Origin: Candidatus Eiseniibacteriota bacterium
GTDB taxonomy: Bacteria; Eisenbacteria; RBG-16-71-46
Length of the DNA stretch: 38,405 nucleotides
Assembly (NCBI GenBank): GCA_034678345.1
Contig: JAXDBZ010000083.1
Location: 1 to 38,405 of the forward strand
Direction: 5' to 3'
Part shown: piece after piece, positions 8,619-16,649 of the stretch
Position numbering within the stretch: position 1 is the stretch's first letter
How the letters are laid out: each line of letters opens with the position of its first letter
Program-made: the position numbers and the translations under genes
Notes under the pieces: generated by a model
Databases searched by the model: none
Seen by the model: only the letters and a program-made list of their open reading frames with translations
Told to the model about the DNA's origin: nothing

Positions 8619-9040
8619 GTGCCCTCGGGGCACCGACCGGCCCACGACCGGCAGACACCGGGCCGGCGATGGAGCCGACGCCGAGCGTGCCGGCCGTCCC
8701 CGACGACCGGGAGGAGGAGCCGCCGCTTCTGGAGGCCGAGCGCGTCCCCCGCCGCACCGCGGCCGCGGTGCGCGGCCGCGGCGCGGTGCGGGCGGCGTGG
8801 ACGGTCGCGGTGTTCACCGACGTGGTCCAGTGGGTCCTCTGGCCGCTGTTCGTGGGCGGGGGGGCCTCGCCGCTCGAGGCCGCGGTGGACGTGGTGGTCG
8901 CCGCCGCTCTCGTGCGCCTTCTCGGCTGGCATTGGGCGTTCCTGCCCGGCTTCCTCGTCGAGCTCGTCCCCGGCGTGGACCTGGTGCCGACGTGGACAGC
9001 GGCGGTCTTCCTCGCCACGCGCGGGCGCCGGAGCGACTGA
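8615..9040 (+). CDS. Hypothetical membrane protein
   Basis: ATGA overlap with the upstream stop (alternative ATG at 8669). Hydrophobic C-terminal half WTVAVFTDVVQW...LLGWHWAFLPGFLVELVPGVDLVPTWTAAVF. Confidence 0.7.
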   Translation: MSALGAPTGPRPADTGPAMEPTPSVPAVPDDREEEPPLLEAERVPRRTAAAVRGRGAVRAAWTVAVFTDVVQWVLWPLFVGGGASPLEAAVDVVVAAALVRLLGWHWAFLPGFLVELVPGVDLVPTWTAAVFLATRGRRSD

Positions 9041-9060
9041 CCGCCGCGCCCCCGGACGCA

Positions 9061-9094
9061 CGAGAGGCGGGTTCCTCGTGGAACCCGCCTCTCG
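9061..9094. terminator. Perfect 15-bp hairpin between convergent genes
   Basis: CGAGAGGCGGGTTCC-tcgt-GGAACCCGCCTCTCG. Confidence 0.8.
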
Positions 9095-9114
9095 GCCGGC
9101 CGGCGAAGCGGATG

Positions 9115-9705
9115 CTACTGCAGCGCCGGAGGCACGGGCATGTTCAGCGCGGTCATCGCCTTGACGACCAGGCCCTTGACGTCGATGGCCTTGGCGACGG
9201 CCTCGCCGATGTTGCCGGACTGCTGGGCGGCCTGCGCCTCGACCCACGTCGAGCTCGCGGTGGCCATGTCGGTCTTGACCTGGTCGAACGCCGCCTGGTC
9301 GAGGCCGGCCGGGAGCGAGCGCGCCTTCGACAGGATGTCCACGCGCTTCTGGACCGTGGCGACCACGGTGGGCAGGTTGGCGTTCAGCGTCTCCCAGACG
9401 CCCTTGAGCTCGATCTCCTTGTCGCCGAGGCTGGCGGTGAGCTCCTGGATCTTGGCCGGGATGTCCTTGACCGCCGCCAGTGCCGCCTTGGCGTCGCCCT
9501 GCTCGAGGCTGGCCTTGGCCGCGGCGATCGCGTCCTCGACGGTCGTGCCGTCGGCGGGCAGGATCTTCATCACGTTGTCCTTGGCCGCCGTCCACGCCGT
9601 CTCTGCCGCCTTGATGGCCGCCGTGGCCGCGCCCTTCTCGGAAGCGCAGGACAGCATCGTGAACGCCAGGACCGCCAGCAGGATCACACTCAGGGTCTTC
9701 TTCAT
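9115..9705 (-). CDS. Ala/Lys-rich helical lipoprotein (196 aa)
   Basis: RBS GAGGA. MKKTLSVILLAVLAFTMLS-C signal peptide with lipobox. Amphipathic helical composition. Confidence 0.85.
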   Translation of the reverse strand: MKKTLSVILLAVLAFTMLSCASEKGAATAAIKAAETAWTAAKDNVMKILPADGTTVEDAIAAAKASLEQGDAKAALAAVKDIPAKIQELTASLGDKEIELKGVWETLNANLPTVVATVQKRVDILSKARSLPAGLDQAAFDQVKTDMATASSTWVEAQAAQQSGNIGEAVAKAIDVKGLVVKAMTALNMPVPPALQ

Positions 9706-9743
9706 GGATCGTTCCTCGGGTTCGTTGCCGCGTTGCGGGAAAC

Positions 9744-9944
9744 TCAGGGGATGCGCAGCTTCTGGCCGACCTTGATCAGGTCGGGGTCCTTCAACTGATC
9801 CTTGTTCGCCTCGAAGATCTGCATGTAGAGCGACGCGTCCCCGTAGTACTTCTTGGCGAGCTTGGACAGCGTGTCACCAGGTTCCACGACGTGGTACTGG
9901 GTCGCATCCCAGGCGCCCCCCGGAGGGGGCTTGTTCTCGGTCAT
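9744..9944 (-). CDS. Stand-alone LysM-domain protein (66 aa), resembling the Kbp/YgaU LysM domain
   Basis: ATG at 9944 after GGGGAGG. YHVVEPGDTLSKLAKKYYGDASLYMQIFEANKDQLKDPDLIKVGQKLRIP. Confidence 0.85.
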   Translation of the reverse strand: MTENKPPPGGAWDATQYHVVEPGDTLSKLAKKYYGDASLYMQIFEANKDQLKDPDLIKVGQKLRIP

Positions 9945-10001
9945 GGCCTTTCCTCCCCTACGCCTTTGCCGCGCTCCCATCGCTCTTCGACGGCGCCGGT
10001 A

Positions 10002-10030
10002 GGTGTACCAGTCGAGGGGTGGTATGACAA
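10002..10030 (-). promoter_or_regulatory. Putative sigma70 promoter for the LysM/lipoprotein genes
   Basis: Minus strand TTGTCA, 17-nt spacer ending TGg, TACACC. Confidence 0.45.
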
Positions 10031-10118
10031 GGAAGCAGTTGTCGAACCCCGTGCAGGTCGGGGCGGGGGAGCGAACGCAATGCGAATGCACGCGTTGGAT
10101 GCCGCCGGCCGGGAGGAT

Positions 10119-10151
10119 GCGGGCCCGCCGTGACAGCGGGCCCGCTTCGTC
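10119..10151. terminator. Intergenic hairpin, putative terminator
   Basis: GCGGGCCCGC-cgtgaca-GCGGGCCCGC followed by TTCGTC on the plus strand. Confidence 0.5.
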
Positions 10152-10313
10152 GGATTCCACCCGGTCCGGGCTGCTTCGTCTCGGGCGGCCTCCTCCACCT
10201 TCGGAAGCCGCCGTCGTTTGTCGTTCAGGCGAAGCGACTGCCGCACTCCGGCCGCTCCTGCCCGGGCGACTCGCCCGGTTGCGGCACGGGGGCCCAGCGC
10301 CGAGCGTCTCGGG

Positions 10314-11582
10314 TCAGTGGTCGCAGACGTTGTCGCCGGTGGTCAGGCGGCCGCCGAGGAAGTCCCGCACGATTGCCTCGGGCGGCGCGCTCGTCGCCCC
10401 CACGACCACCTGGACCCCGTTCTGCTCGAAGAGGCTCTGCGCCCGGGAGCCCATCCCGGCGGCGATGATCACGGTCGCGCCCTGCTCGCGCAGCCACCGG
10501 GGGTAGGTCCCCGGCTCGTGCGGCGGCGGGGTGAGCAGCCGGCCGCCGCCGATGGCCCTGCCGTCCCCCTCGACGTCGAAGAGGACAAACTGCTCGCAGT
10601 GGCCGAAGTGCGACGACAAGACCCCGCCGGTGAGGGGGATGGCGATTCGCATCGGTCGGCCATCCCGGGATGGCACGGGGCGCGTGGCGGCACTGTGCAG
10701 CTCCGGCCCCAGAACGGAGCGGGCGATGCGGCCCAGGGCCATGGCCGCGGGGGAGTGCGGGTTCGCCTGCACCATAGGGGTGCCGGCGTCGCCGGAGATC
10801 ACGATCTCCGGGTCGATGGGTACCGCGCCGAGGTAGGGGACTCCCATCTCCTCCGCCATGGCGCGGCCACCGTCGGCGCCGAAGATGCTCACGATCTCGC
10901 CACAGCGCGGGCAGGTGAAGCCGCTCATGTTCTCCACGACCCCGAGCACGGGCAGATCGAGTTGCCGGCAGAAGCCGATGCAGCGGCGGACGTCCTGCAC
11001 GGACAGCTCCTGCGGGGTCGTGACCACGATCGCGCCGTCCGCGTTCCCGAGGAGCTGGATCACGGCGAGCGGCTCGTCGCCCGTCCCCGGCGGGGCGTCC
11101 ACCACGAGGTAGTCCAGGTCGCCCCACTCGACGTCCGTCAGGAACTGCCGGATCACGCCGTACTTCCTTGGGCCGCGCCAGATTACCGCGTCGTCCCGGC
11201 TGCGCAGCAGGAAGCCGATGGAGATCACCTGGAGGCTGCCGGTGGGGTGGGTGACGGTGACGGGCTCGATGCCGTCAGCGTTGCCCGAGAGCGTCGTGCC
11301 CTCGAGGTGCAGCAGCCGGGGGACGCTGGGTCCGTGGATGTCCACATCGAGCAGGCCGACCCGTTTGCCGGCCATGGCGAGGGACGTGGCCAGGTTGACG
11401 GCCACGGTGCTCTTTCCCACGCCACCCTTGCCCGAAAGGACCACGACCTTGTGTCGGATCCGGCACATCCGTGCCCGCAACCGCTGGCGGTCCTGGAAGT
11501 CCTCCTCGCTCTCGCCCGGGCGGCGCTCGCGGTCCGGACATCGCGGGTCGTTGCAGTCGCTGCAGGGGTTCTCGTTCGTCAT
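10314..11582 (-). CDS. mrp: Mrp/NBP35 (ApbC-like) Fe-S carrier ATPase fused to a C-terminal NifB/NifX-family domain (422 aa)
   Basis: SGKGGVGKST Walker A; DVDIHGPS; WRGP; DYLVVDAPPGTGDE; ENMSGFTCPRC; C-terminal RIAIP...SSHFGHCEQF...NVCDH. Confidence 0.92.
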   Translation of the reverse strand: MTNENPCSDCNDPRCPDRERRPGESEEDFQDRQRLRARMCRIRHKVVVLSGKGGVGKSTVAVNLATSLAMAGKRVGLLDVDIHGPSVPRLLHLEGTTLSGNADGIEPVTVTHPTGSLQVISIGFLLRSRDDAVIWRGPRKYGVIRQFLTDVEWGDLDYLVVDAPPGTGDEPLAVIQLLGNADGAIVVTTPQELSVQDVRRCIGFCRQLDLPVLGVVENMSGFTCPRCGEIVSIFGADGGRAMAEEMGVPYLGAVPIDPEIVISGDAGTPMVQANPHSPAAMALGRIARSVLGPELHSAATRPVPSRDGRPMRIAIPLTGGVLSSHFGHCEQFVLFDVEGDGRAIGGGRLLTPPPHEPGTYPRWLREQGATVIIAAGMGSRAQSLFEQNGVQVVVGATSAPPEAIVRDFLGGRLTTGDNVCDH

Positions 11583-13450
11583 CGGATGGACTCCCGTGGA
11601 GGTTGGGCTTGGAGCAGGACCTCACGCACGCGCTCCCAGAGCGCCCGGATGTCCCGCGCGGCGGGGCCGTCGCCGTCCTCGACCACGGCCTGCCGCCTCA
11701 GCTGGGCGGCGGTGACGGCCTCGTCGTAGCGGACGCGGCCGAGGAAGGCGATGCCCTGCCGGACCGTCTCGGCCTCGATCTCGTCCGCGACCTCTGGGTT
11801 GATGTCGGCGCGGTTGACGCACACCCCGAGCTTCGCGTCGAACCGGCGGCAGAGCTCCACGACCCGCCGAAGATCGTGCAGCCCCGACCGGGTGGGCTCG
11901 GCGACCACGAGGACCGCATGTGCCCCGGCGACGGACGCGATGACCGGACAGCCGATGCCAGGGGAGCCGTCGGCGATCAGCCGTTCGCGCCCGGAAGCGG
12001 CGGCCAGCTCCTTGCCCTCGCGCCGCACCAGGGAGACGAGCTTGCCGCTGTTCTCCTGGGCGATGCCGAGGCGGGCGTGGGCCATGGGTCCGTGCCGGGT
12101 GTCGGACAGGAACCACTCCCCGTTCACCGTGGCCACCAGGGAAACGGCGCGCTCGGGGCACGTGTCCACGCACACGCCGCAACCCTCGCAGGAGAACGGG
12201 TCCACCACGAACGGACGGGTCAGGCCGTCCGGCGGTGCTGCGATGGCGTCGAAGCGGCAGTGCTCGGCGCACACCCCGCAACCCGTGCAGCGGTCCGCGA
12301 CCACGACCGCCGTGCTGCCGCCGGAGAACGGCCGGCGCTGCCGCACCGCGGGGGAGAGGACCAGGTGCAGGTCGGCCGCGTCCACGTCGCAATCGGCCAC
12401 GGCCGCCGCCCCGGCCAGGGCGAAGAACGAGGCGACGATGCTGGTCTTGCCCGTCCCGCCCTTGCCGCTGATCACCACCAACTCGCGGGCCTCGTCGCTC
12501 CCGCCGGGCATCGCGGTCCGGGCCGACGGGGGTGGGGCCGGCGGCTCCGCGACCGGGAGCGCGATGGCAGGGCGCCGTGCGGCGCGCCGCCCCCTGCGGG
12601 CCAGGTCACGCAGCTTCCCGTGGAGGCGGAGGAAGGGCTGCTCCAGATCGGGCCGCGCGCTGGCGGCCACCTCGCCCCGCGAATAGGCGCGGGCGATCTC
12701 CCGGTCGTTCGGGATCTCGAGCAGCACCGGAATCCCCTCGGCGGCGCAGTAGTCGAACACGGCACGGTCCCCGATGTCGGCGCGGTTCACGGCGACGCCG
12801 CAGGGCAGGCCGAACTCGCGCACCATCCTCACGGCGAGCGTCAGATCGTTCAGACCGAAGGGTGTCGGCTCGGTGACGAGCAGCACGACGTCCGCGGTCT
12901 TGATCGACTCGATCACCGGGCAGGAGGTCCCGGGCGGCGCGTCCAGCACGAGCGTGTGGTCCCGGGGCGCGGCCCGCAGGACGGCGCGGATCACCGGGGG
13001 AGCCATGGCCGCGCCGACGTCGAGCCTGCCCTGCCGGAAGGCCACCAGTCCCGCGACGCCCTCCTCGACGACGCCGGTGACGTTCGGGACCTCGCGGATC
13101 GCCCCTTCCCGGCAGGCCAGGGTGCACGCCCCGCAGCCATGGCAAAGGGCGGGGAAGGTCATGACCTGGCTGCCGAGGACGAGGATGGCCGAGTAGCGGC
13201 AGGCGCGGCCGCAGTCACCGCACCGCGTGCAGCGCGCCATGTCCACCTCGGGGACCGGGATGGACACGCCGGCGCTTCGGGCGATGGTGGGGCGGAGGAA
13301 GATGTGTCCGTTGGGCTCCTCCACATCGCAGTCCACGTAGGCCACGCGCTCGCCGGCGCGGGCGAGGACCACCGCCAGGCTGGTGGCGATGGTCGTCTTG
13401 CCGGTGCCGCCCTTGCCGCTGGCGACGGCGATGCGCAGGGAGCCGCTCAT
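11579..13450 (-). CDS. Fused tandem MinD-superfamily P-loop ATPases, each with an inserted 2x[4Fe-4S] ferredoxin domain (COG1149; Orp3/Orp4-like) (623 aa)
   Basis: ATG at 13450 in ATGA overlap. Two Walker A motifs (SGKGGTGKTT, SGKGGTGKTS), two DCDV motifs and four CxxCxxCxxxC motifs. Confidence 0.9.
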   Translation of the reverse strand: MSGSLRIAVASGKGGTGKTTIATSLAVVLARAGERVAYVDCDVEEPNGHIFLRPTIARSAGVSIPVPEVDMARCTRCGDCGRACRYSAILVLGSQVMTFPALCHGCGACTLACREGAIREVPNVTGVVEEGVAGLVAFRQGRLDVGAAMAPPVIRAVLRAAPRDHTLVLDAPPGTSCPVIESIKTADVVLLVTEPTPFGLNDLTLAVRMVREFGLPCGVAVNRADIGDRAVFDYCAAEGIPVLLEIPNDREIARAYSRGEVAASARPDLEQPFLRLHGKLRDLARRGRRAARRPAIALPVAEPPAPPPSARTAMPGGSDEARELVVISGKGGTGKTSIVASFFALAGAAAVADCDVDAADLHLVLSPAVRQRRPFSGGSTAVVVADRCTGCGVCAEHCRFDAIAAPPDGLTRPFVVDPFSCEGCGVCVDTCPERAVSLVATVNGEWFLSDTRHGPMAHARLGIAQENSGKLVSLVRREGKELAAASGRERLIADGSPGIGCPVIASVAGAHAVLVVAEPTRSGLHDLRRVVELCRRFDAKLGVCVNRADINPEVADEIEAETVRQGIAFLGRVRYDEAVTAAQLRRQAVVEDGDGPAARDIRALWERVREVLLQAQPPRESIR

Positions 13451-13875
13451 CCCTCGGCGCCGCCCGGCTCCGGCGCGCGCTCCCGCAGCGTCAACGCCTC
13501 GCTCGGGCACGCCGGGAGGCACGTCCCGCAGCCCGTGCAACGCCCCTCGTCCACCTCGAGCCGAGCGTCCAGGGAGAGCGCTCGATCGGGACAGACGTCC
13601 ACGCAGGCCCCGCAGTCCACACACCGTTCGCGGTCCACCACGACGACGAGACGGCCCCCCCGGTCCGGGCCGACGGCCGGCGCGCCGGGTGCGGCGCGAT
13701 CCGGGACGATCGTCTCGCGCCGTACCGCCGGCTCTGGCCACGTGCCGGGGCCGCGACCGCGGCCCGGCCCTCGCCCCATGCGCCGGCTGCATCCACCGCC
13801 ACCGAAGCCTCCCCGGCCACCCCGGCCCCCGGCCCCGCCGCCACCGCCGCCTCCACCGCCGCGTCGGCCGTTCAT
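13447..13875 (-). CDS. 2x[4Fe-4S] ferredoxin with Gly/Arg-rich N-terminal extension (142 aa)
   Basis: ATGA overlaps at both ends; CVDCGACVDVCP and CTGCGTCLPACP. Confidence 0.85.
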   Translation of the reverse strand: MNGRRGGGGGGGGGAGGRGGRGGFGGGGCSRRMGRGPGRGRGPGTWPEPAVRRETIVPDRAAPGAPAVGPDRGGRLVVVVDRERCVDCGACVDVCPDRALSLDARLEVDEGRCTGCGTCLPACPSEALTLRERAPEPGGAEG

Positions 13876-14249
13876 CGGGGTCCGTCGCCCGTTCCCGAGT
13901 GGCTCGATACGTTGGGCGCCGAGACGGGCCGCATCTGGCCCGATCGGTGGCGCTCGACCGCCTCGCGGACGGTCCCACTGCAACCCACGTACACTTCGAT
14001 GCCGGCCGCGCTCAGCACCTGGTGGGCGTTCGGCCCGCAATTGCCGGTCAGAATGGCCTTCACGCCCTTCTCTTCCATCATCCGGGCCGACTGGATGCCG
14101 GCGCCGCCGCCGAGCGCGCTGTTCGCGTTTTCGACGGCCTCGAAGCTCATGTCGCCTGTCTCCACCAGCACGAACCACGGACACCTGCCGAAGCGTGGGT
14201 CCAGCGGGCTGTCGGGCGATGGACCCGCCGAGGTCACGGCGACCTTCAT
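13872..14249 (-). CDS. NifB/NifX-family (orange-protein-like) metal-cluster-binding protein (125 aa)
   Basis: MKVAVTS...DPRFGRCPWFVLV...GAGIQSA...LTGNCGPNA; ATGA overlap. Confidence 0.9.
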   Translation of the reverse strand: MKVAVTSAGPSPDSPLDPRFGRCPWFVLVETGDMSFEAVENANSALGGGAGIQSARMMEEKGVKAILTGNCGPNAHQVLSAAGIEVYVGCSGTVREAVERHRSGQMRPVSAPNVSSHSGTGDGPR

Positions 14250-14635
14250 CGCGGCTCCCCTGTCGGCGCGACCGACGAGTCGGGCCCGGCGCTCTCGAGT
14301 TCCCGGATTCTGGCCCGCAGATCGTCCAGCTCCTGCTCGAGGTCCATCGCCTCCCGCTTCATGGCGGTCAGCTCCTGATCCGCGGTAAGGGGTGGCGCCG
14401 ACCGGGCGCCGCCACCGAACCACGGCCGCCCGGCGCGCTGCCAGCCCGTCAGGCCGGTGGCGTAGTACTGGTTCCGGTACCCCCAGCCTCCGCCCCGGCC
14501 CCAGCCCCGTCCCCGGCCGAAGCCGCGTCCCCGGGGGCCGAAGTCTGCCGGTCCCCTAGCGCCCCGGCACCATCCCATCCCCCAGCCCGTCATCGAACCC
14601 TGTCCCAGCGGTCCCGTTCGATCTCCGCCTGGCAT
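14246..14635 (-). CDS. DUF5320-family protein (129 aa)
   Basis: MPGGDRTGPLGQGSMTGWGMGWC N-terminus, GRG-rich middle and C-terminal coiled coil (ELTAMKREAMDLEQELDDLRARIRELE). Confidence 0.85.
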   Translation of the reverse strand: MPGGDRTGPLGQGSMTGWGMGWCRGARGPADFGPRGRGFGRGRGWGRGGGWGYRNQYYATGLTGWQRAGRPWFGGGARSAPPLTADQELTAMKREAMDLEQELDDLRARIRELESAGPDSSVAPTGEPR

Positions 14636-14659
14636 GTCCGTCTCCCTTCTCTTCCGGCC

Positions 14660-15055
14660 TCACCAGCGCCGGCTCTGGTTCCAGCCTTCGTGTCGCCCAC
14701 CGCGGAACCGACGCCTTCGGCCGCGACAACCCGGCATCGAGAGCGTCGAGCTGGGCAGGGCCCCGGCCAGGAAGCTCTTCTCGACTTCCGCGACCTCGCC
14801 TGCCACGAAGCCAATGACCTTCACGCCGCGGTCGGTCAGCTCACGATGCAGCAGCCTGGAGATGGCCCCGCAGATCAGCGTGTCCACGCCCAGTTCCACC
14901 AGCCGCTCGACCCGCTGCGCGGCGGCGGACGCCTCCAGACTCAGCGTGCGGCGCGACATCACCCGCCCGCCCTCGATCGTCAGGAGGAGGATCCTCCGGC
15001 TGACGTCGAAGACGGGAGCGATGCGTCCATCCCAAAAGGTCAGGGCCACGGTCAT
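14660..15055 (-). CDS. NifB/NifX-family protein (131 aa)
   Basis: RBS GAGGAG; RIAPVFDVSRRILL...GVDTLICGAISR...FVAGEV...MPGC. Confidence 0.85.
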   Translation of the reverse strand: MTVALTFWDGRIAPVFDVSRRILLLTIEGGRVMSRRTLSLEASAAAQRVERLVELGVDTLICGAISRLLHRELTDRGVKVIGFVAGEVAEVEKSFLAGALPSSTLSMPGCRGRRRRFRGGRHEGWNQSRRW

Positions 15056-15081
15056 CGGCGTATCTCCTCGACGTTCGTCAA

Positions 15082-15098
15082 CGCATGGAGCGGGCCAG
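15082..15098 (-). promoter_or_regulatory. Sigma54 (-24/-12) promoter
   Basis: Minus strand CTGGCCCGCTCCATGCG gives exact GG-N10-GC spacing and resembles YTGGCACG-N4-TTGC. Lies about 27 bp upstream of ATG 15055 and just downstream of a sigma54 activator gene. Confidence 0.75.
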
Positions 15099-15184
15099 AA
15101 GCGGTCCGGGTCCGCACGGCGGGAGAACGCGCGCGGCCCCAACGGATTCGCGCGTTCGCTCCGCGGGGAAGGAAAGGCGGGACA

Positions 15185-15232
15185 GTCGCGCTTCCGCGAC
15201 CATGGATCGCGGCGAGGTCGCGGCACCGGGAC
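15185..15232. promoter_or_regulatory. Tandem palindromic upstream activator sites, putative binding sites for the adjacent enhancer-binding protein
   Basis: GTCGCG-cttc-CGCGAC (15185-15200) and GTCGCG-gcac-CGGGAC (15217-15232). The two are 32 bp apart and about 90-135 bp upstream of the -24 element. Confidence 0.6.
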
Positions 15233-15248
15233 CTCCCGCCGCGGCGCC

Positions 15249-16625
15249 TCACTCCGCGGGCGGGTGCTTCCTGCCGTCCTGCGGGGGCAGTTCGAGCCCC
15301 AGGAGTCGCACCTTGCGGAAGAACGTGCTCTTGTGCAGGCCGAGTTCCCGCGCGGCCGCCAGTCGGTGGCCGCCGTTGCGCTCCAGCGCCTCCCGGATGG
15401 CTCGCTCCTCGAGTGCCCTCGTCATCCCGGCCAGGCTGCCACCGCGGGGGCGGCGCGCGGCGGGCACGAGTCCGGCGGGCAGGTGGGACAGCTCGATCCG
15501 GCCCCGGCCGACCAGCACGAAGGCGTGCTCGATGATGTTCTGCAGCTCCCGCACGTTCCCGGGATAGTCATGGGCGGTGAGTACCCCGAGCGCGTCGGCG
15601 CTCATCCCGGTCACGTGCTTGTTCTGCACCGCGTTGAAGCGGGAGATGAGGTGGCGCACGAGCAGGGGGATGTCCTCCCGGCGGCGGCGCAGCGGCGGCA
15701 GTTCGAGCTTCATGACGTTGATGCGGTAGTAGAGGTCGCGCCGGAAGGTCCCGTCCTCGACGCGGGCCGCCAGATCGCGGTTCGTGGTGGCGATGACCCG
15801 CACGTCCGCCTCCTCGCTGCGGGTGGCGCCGAGCGGCTCGAACCGTCGCTCCTGCAGCACCCGCAGGAGGCGGACCTGCAGGGCCGGGGTCACCTCGCCG
15901 ATCTCGTCCAGCAGCAGCGTGCCGCCGCGGGCGACGGCGAAGCGGCCGGCCTTGTCCCGGACGGCGCCGGTGAAGGCGCCGGCCTTGTACCCGAAGAGCT
16001 CGGATTCCAGCAGCGTGTCGGGGAGGGCCCCACAGTTCACGGCCACGAACGGACCGCGGCGCCGGGCGCTGAGCGTGTGGATGGTGTGTGCCACCAGCTC
16101 CTTGCCCGTGCCGGTCTCGCCCTCGATCAGGATCGTGCTCTCACTCGCGGCCACGCTCGGGAGCACGTCGAGCACGCGGCGCATGGACTCGCTGCGGCTG
16201 ACGATGTCCCCCACCTGGAAGCGGCCTTCGACCTCGCGGCGCAGCTCCTCGATCAGGCTCAGATCGCGGAAGGTCTCCGCGCCGCCACAGACCCTGCCGT
16301 GCTCGTCGTGGAGCAGGGCGGTCGAGACGCTGACGGGGATGCGCCGCCCCGCGGCGTCCACGATGAAGGCCGCGCGATTCACCACCGGGCTCCCGGTCTC
16401 CATCGTGTGCCGCAGCGCGCAGGCCGTCTCGCACATGCTGGCGCGGAACACGTCCGAGCAGCGCTGGCCGATGGCGTCCTCCCGCGCGATGCCGGTGATC
16501 CGCTCGGCCGCCCGGTTGAACGACGTGACCCGCCACTCGCGGTCCACGGTGAAGACGCCGTCCGAGATGCTCTCGAGGATGGCGTCGGTCGCGATCCGCG
16601 GCGGCCCCTTCATGCTCCTGCCCAT
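15249..16625 (-). CDS. orpR: Sigma54-dependent transcriptional activator, PAS + AAA+ + Fis HTH, OrpR-like (about 458 aa)
   Basis: PAS (ILESISDGVFTVD) with C-X8-C-X3-C; GETGTGKE; ESELFG..GAFTGA; LLDEIGE; YPGNVREL; C-terminal HTH. The symbol is inferred from the motif and the gene context. Confidence 0.9.
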   Translation of the reverse strand: MGRSMKGPPRIATDAILESISDGVFTVDREWRVTSFNRAAERITGIAREDAIGQRCSDVFRASMCETACALRHTMETGSPVVNRAAFIVDAAGRRIPVSVSTALLHDEHGRVCGGAETFRDLSLIEELRREVEGRFQVGDIVSRSESMRRVLDVLPSVAASESTILIEGETGTGKELVAHTIHTLSARRRGPFVAVNCGALPDTLLESELFGYKAGAFTGAVRDKAGRFAVARGGTLLLDEIGEVTPALQVRLLRVLQERRFEPLGATRSEEADVRVIATTNRDLAARVEDGTFRRDLYYRINVMKLELPPLRRRREDIPLLVRHLISRFNAVQNKHVTGMSADALGVLTAHDYPGNVRELQNIIEHAFVLVGRGRIELSHLPAGLVPAARRPRGGSLAGMTRALEERAIREALERNGGHRLAAARELGLHKSTFFRKVRLLGLELPPQDGRKHPPAE

Positions 16626-16649
16626 CTCCTCCTCCCGCACCCCGAACCG

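Noticed and set aside
10031-10075. GAACCCCGTGCAGGTCGGGG resembles the SRP (4.5S) RNA core
   Set aside because: It lacks the conserved CCGGAAGGAAGCAGC loop after CAGG and has no long flanking stem.
10314-15055. Nitrogen fixation suggested by NifB/NifX-family domains
   Set aside because: There is no nifH/D/K/E/N or radical-SAM NifB architecture in the window. These small domains are typical of Orp-type clusters.
11471-15535. Very long alternative ORFs (e.g. 11471..15535 +, 14634..17348 +, 20381..23392 +, 26737..30180 +, 34309..36987 -, 955..3186 -)
   Set aside because: They are antisense or frame shadows of well-supported genes. Their translations are Arg/Pro/Gly-rich or motif-free, as expected from stop-codon scarcity at very high GC.
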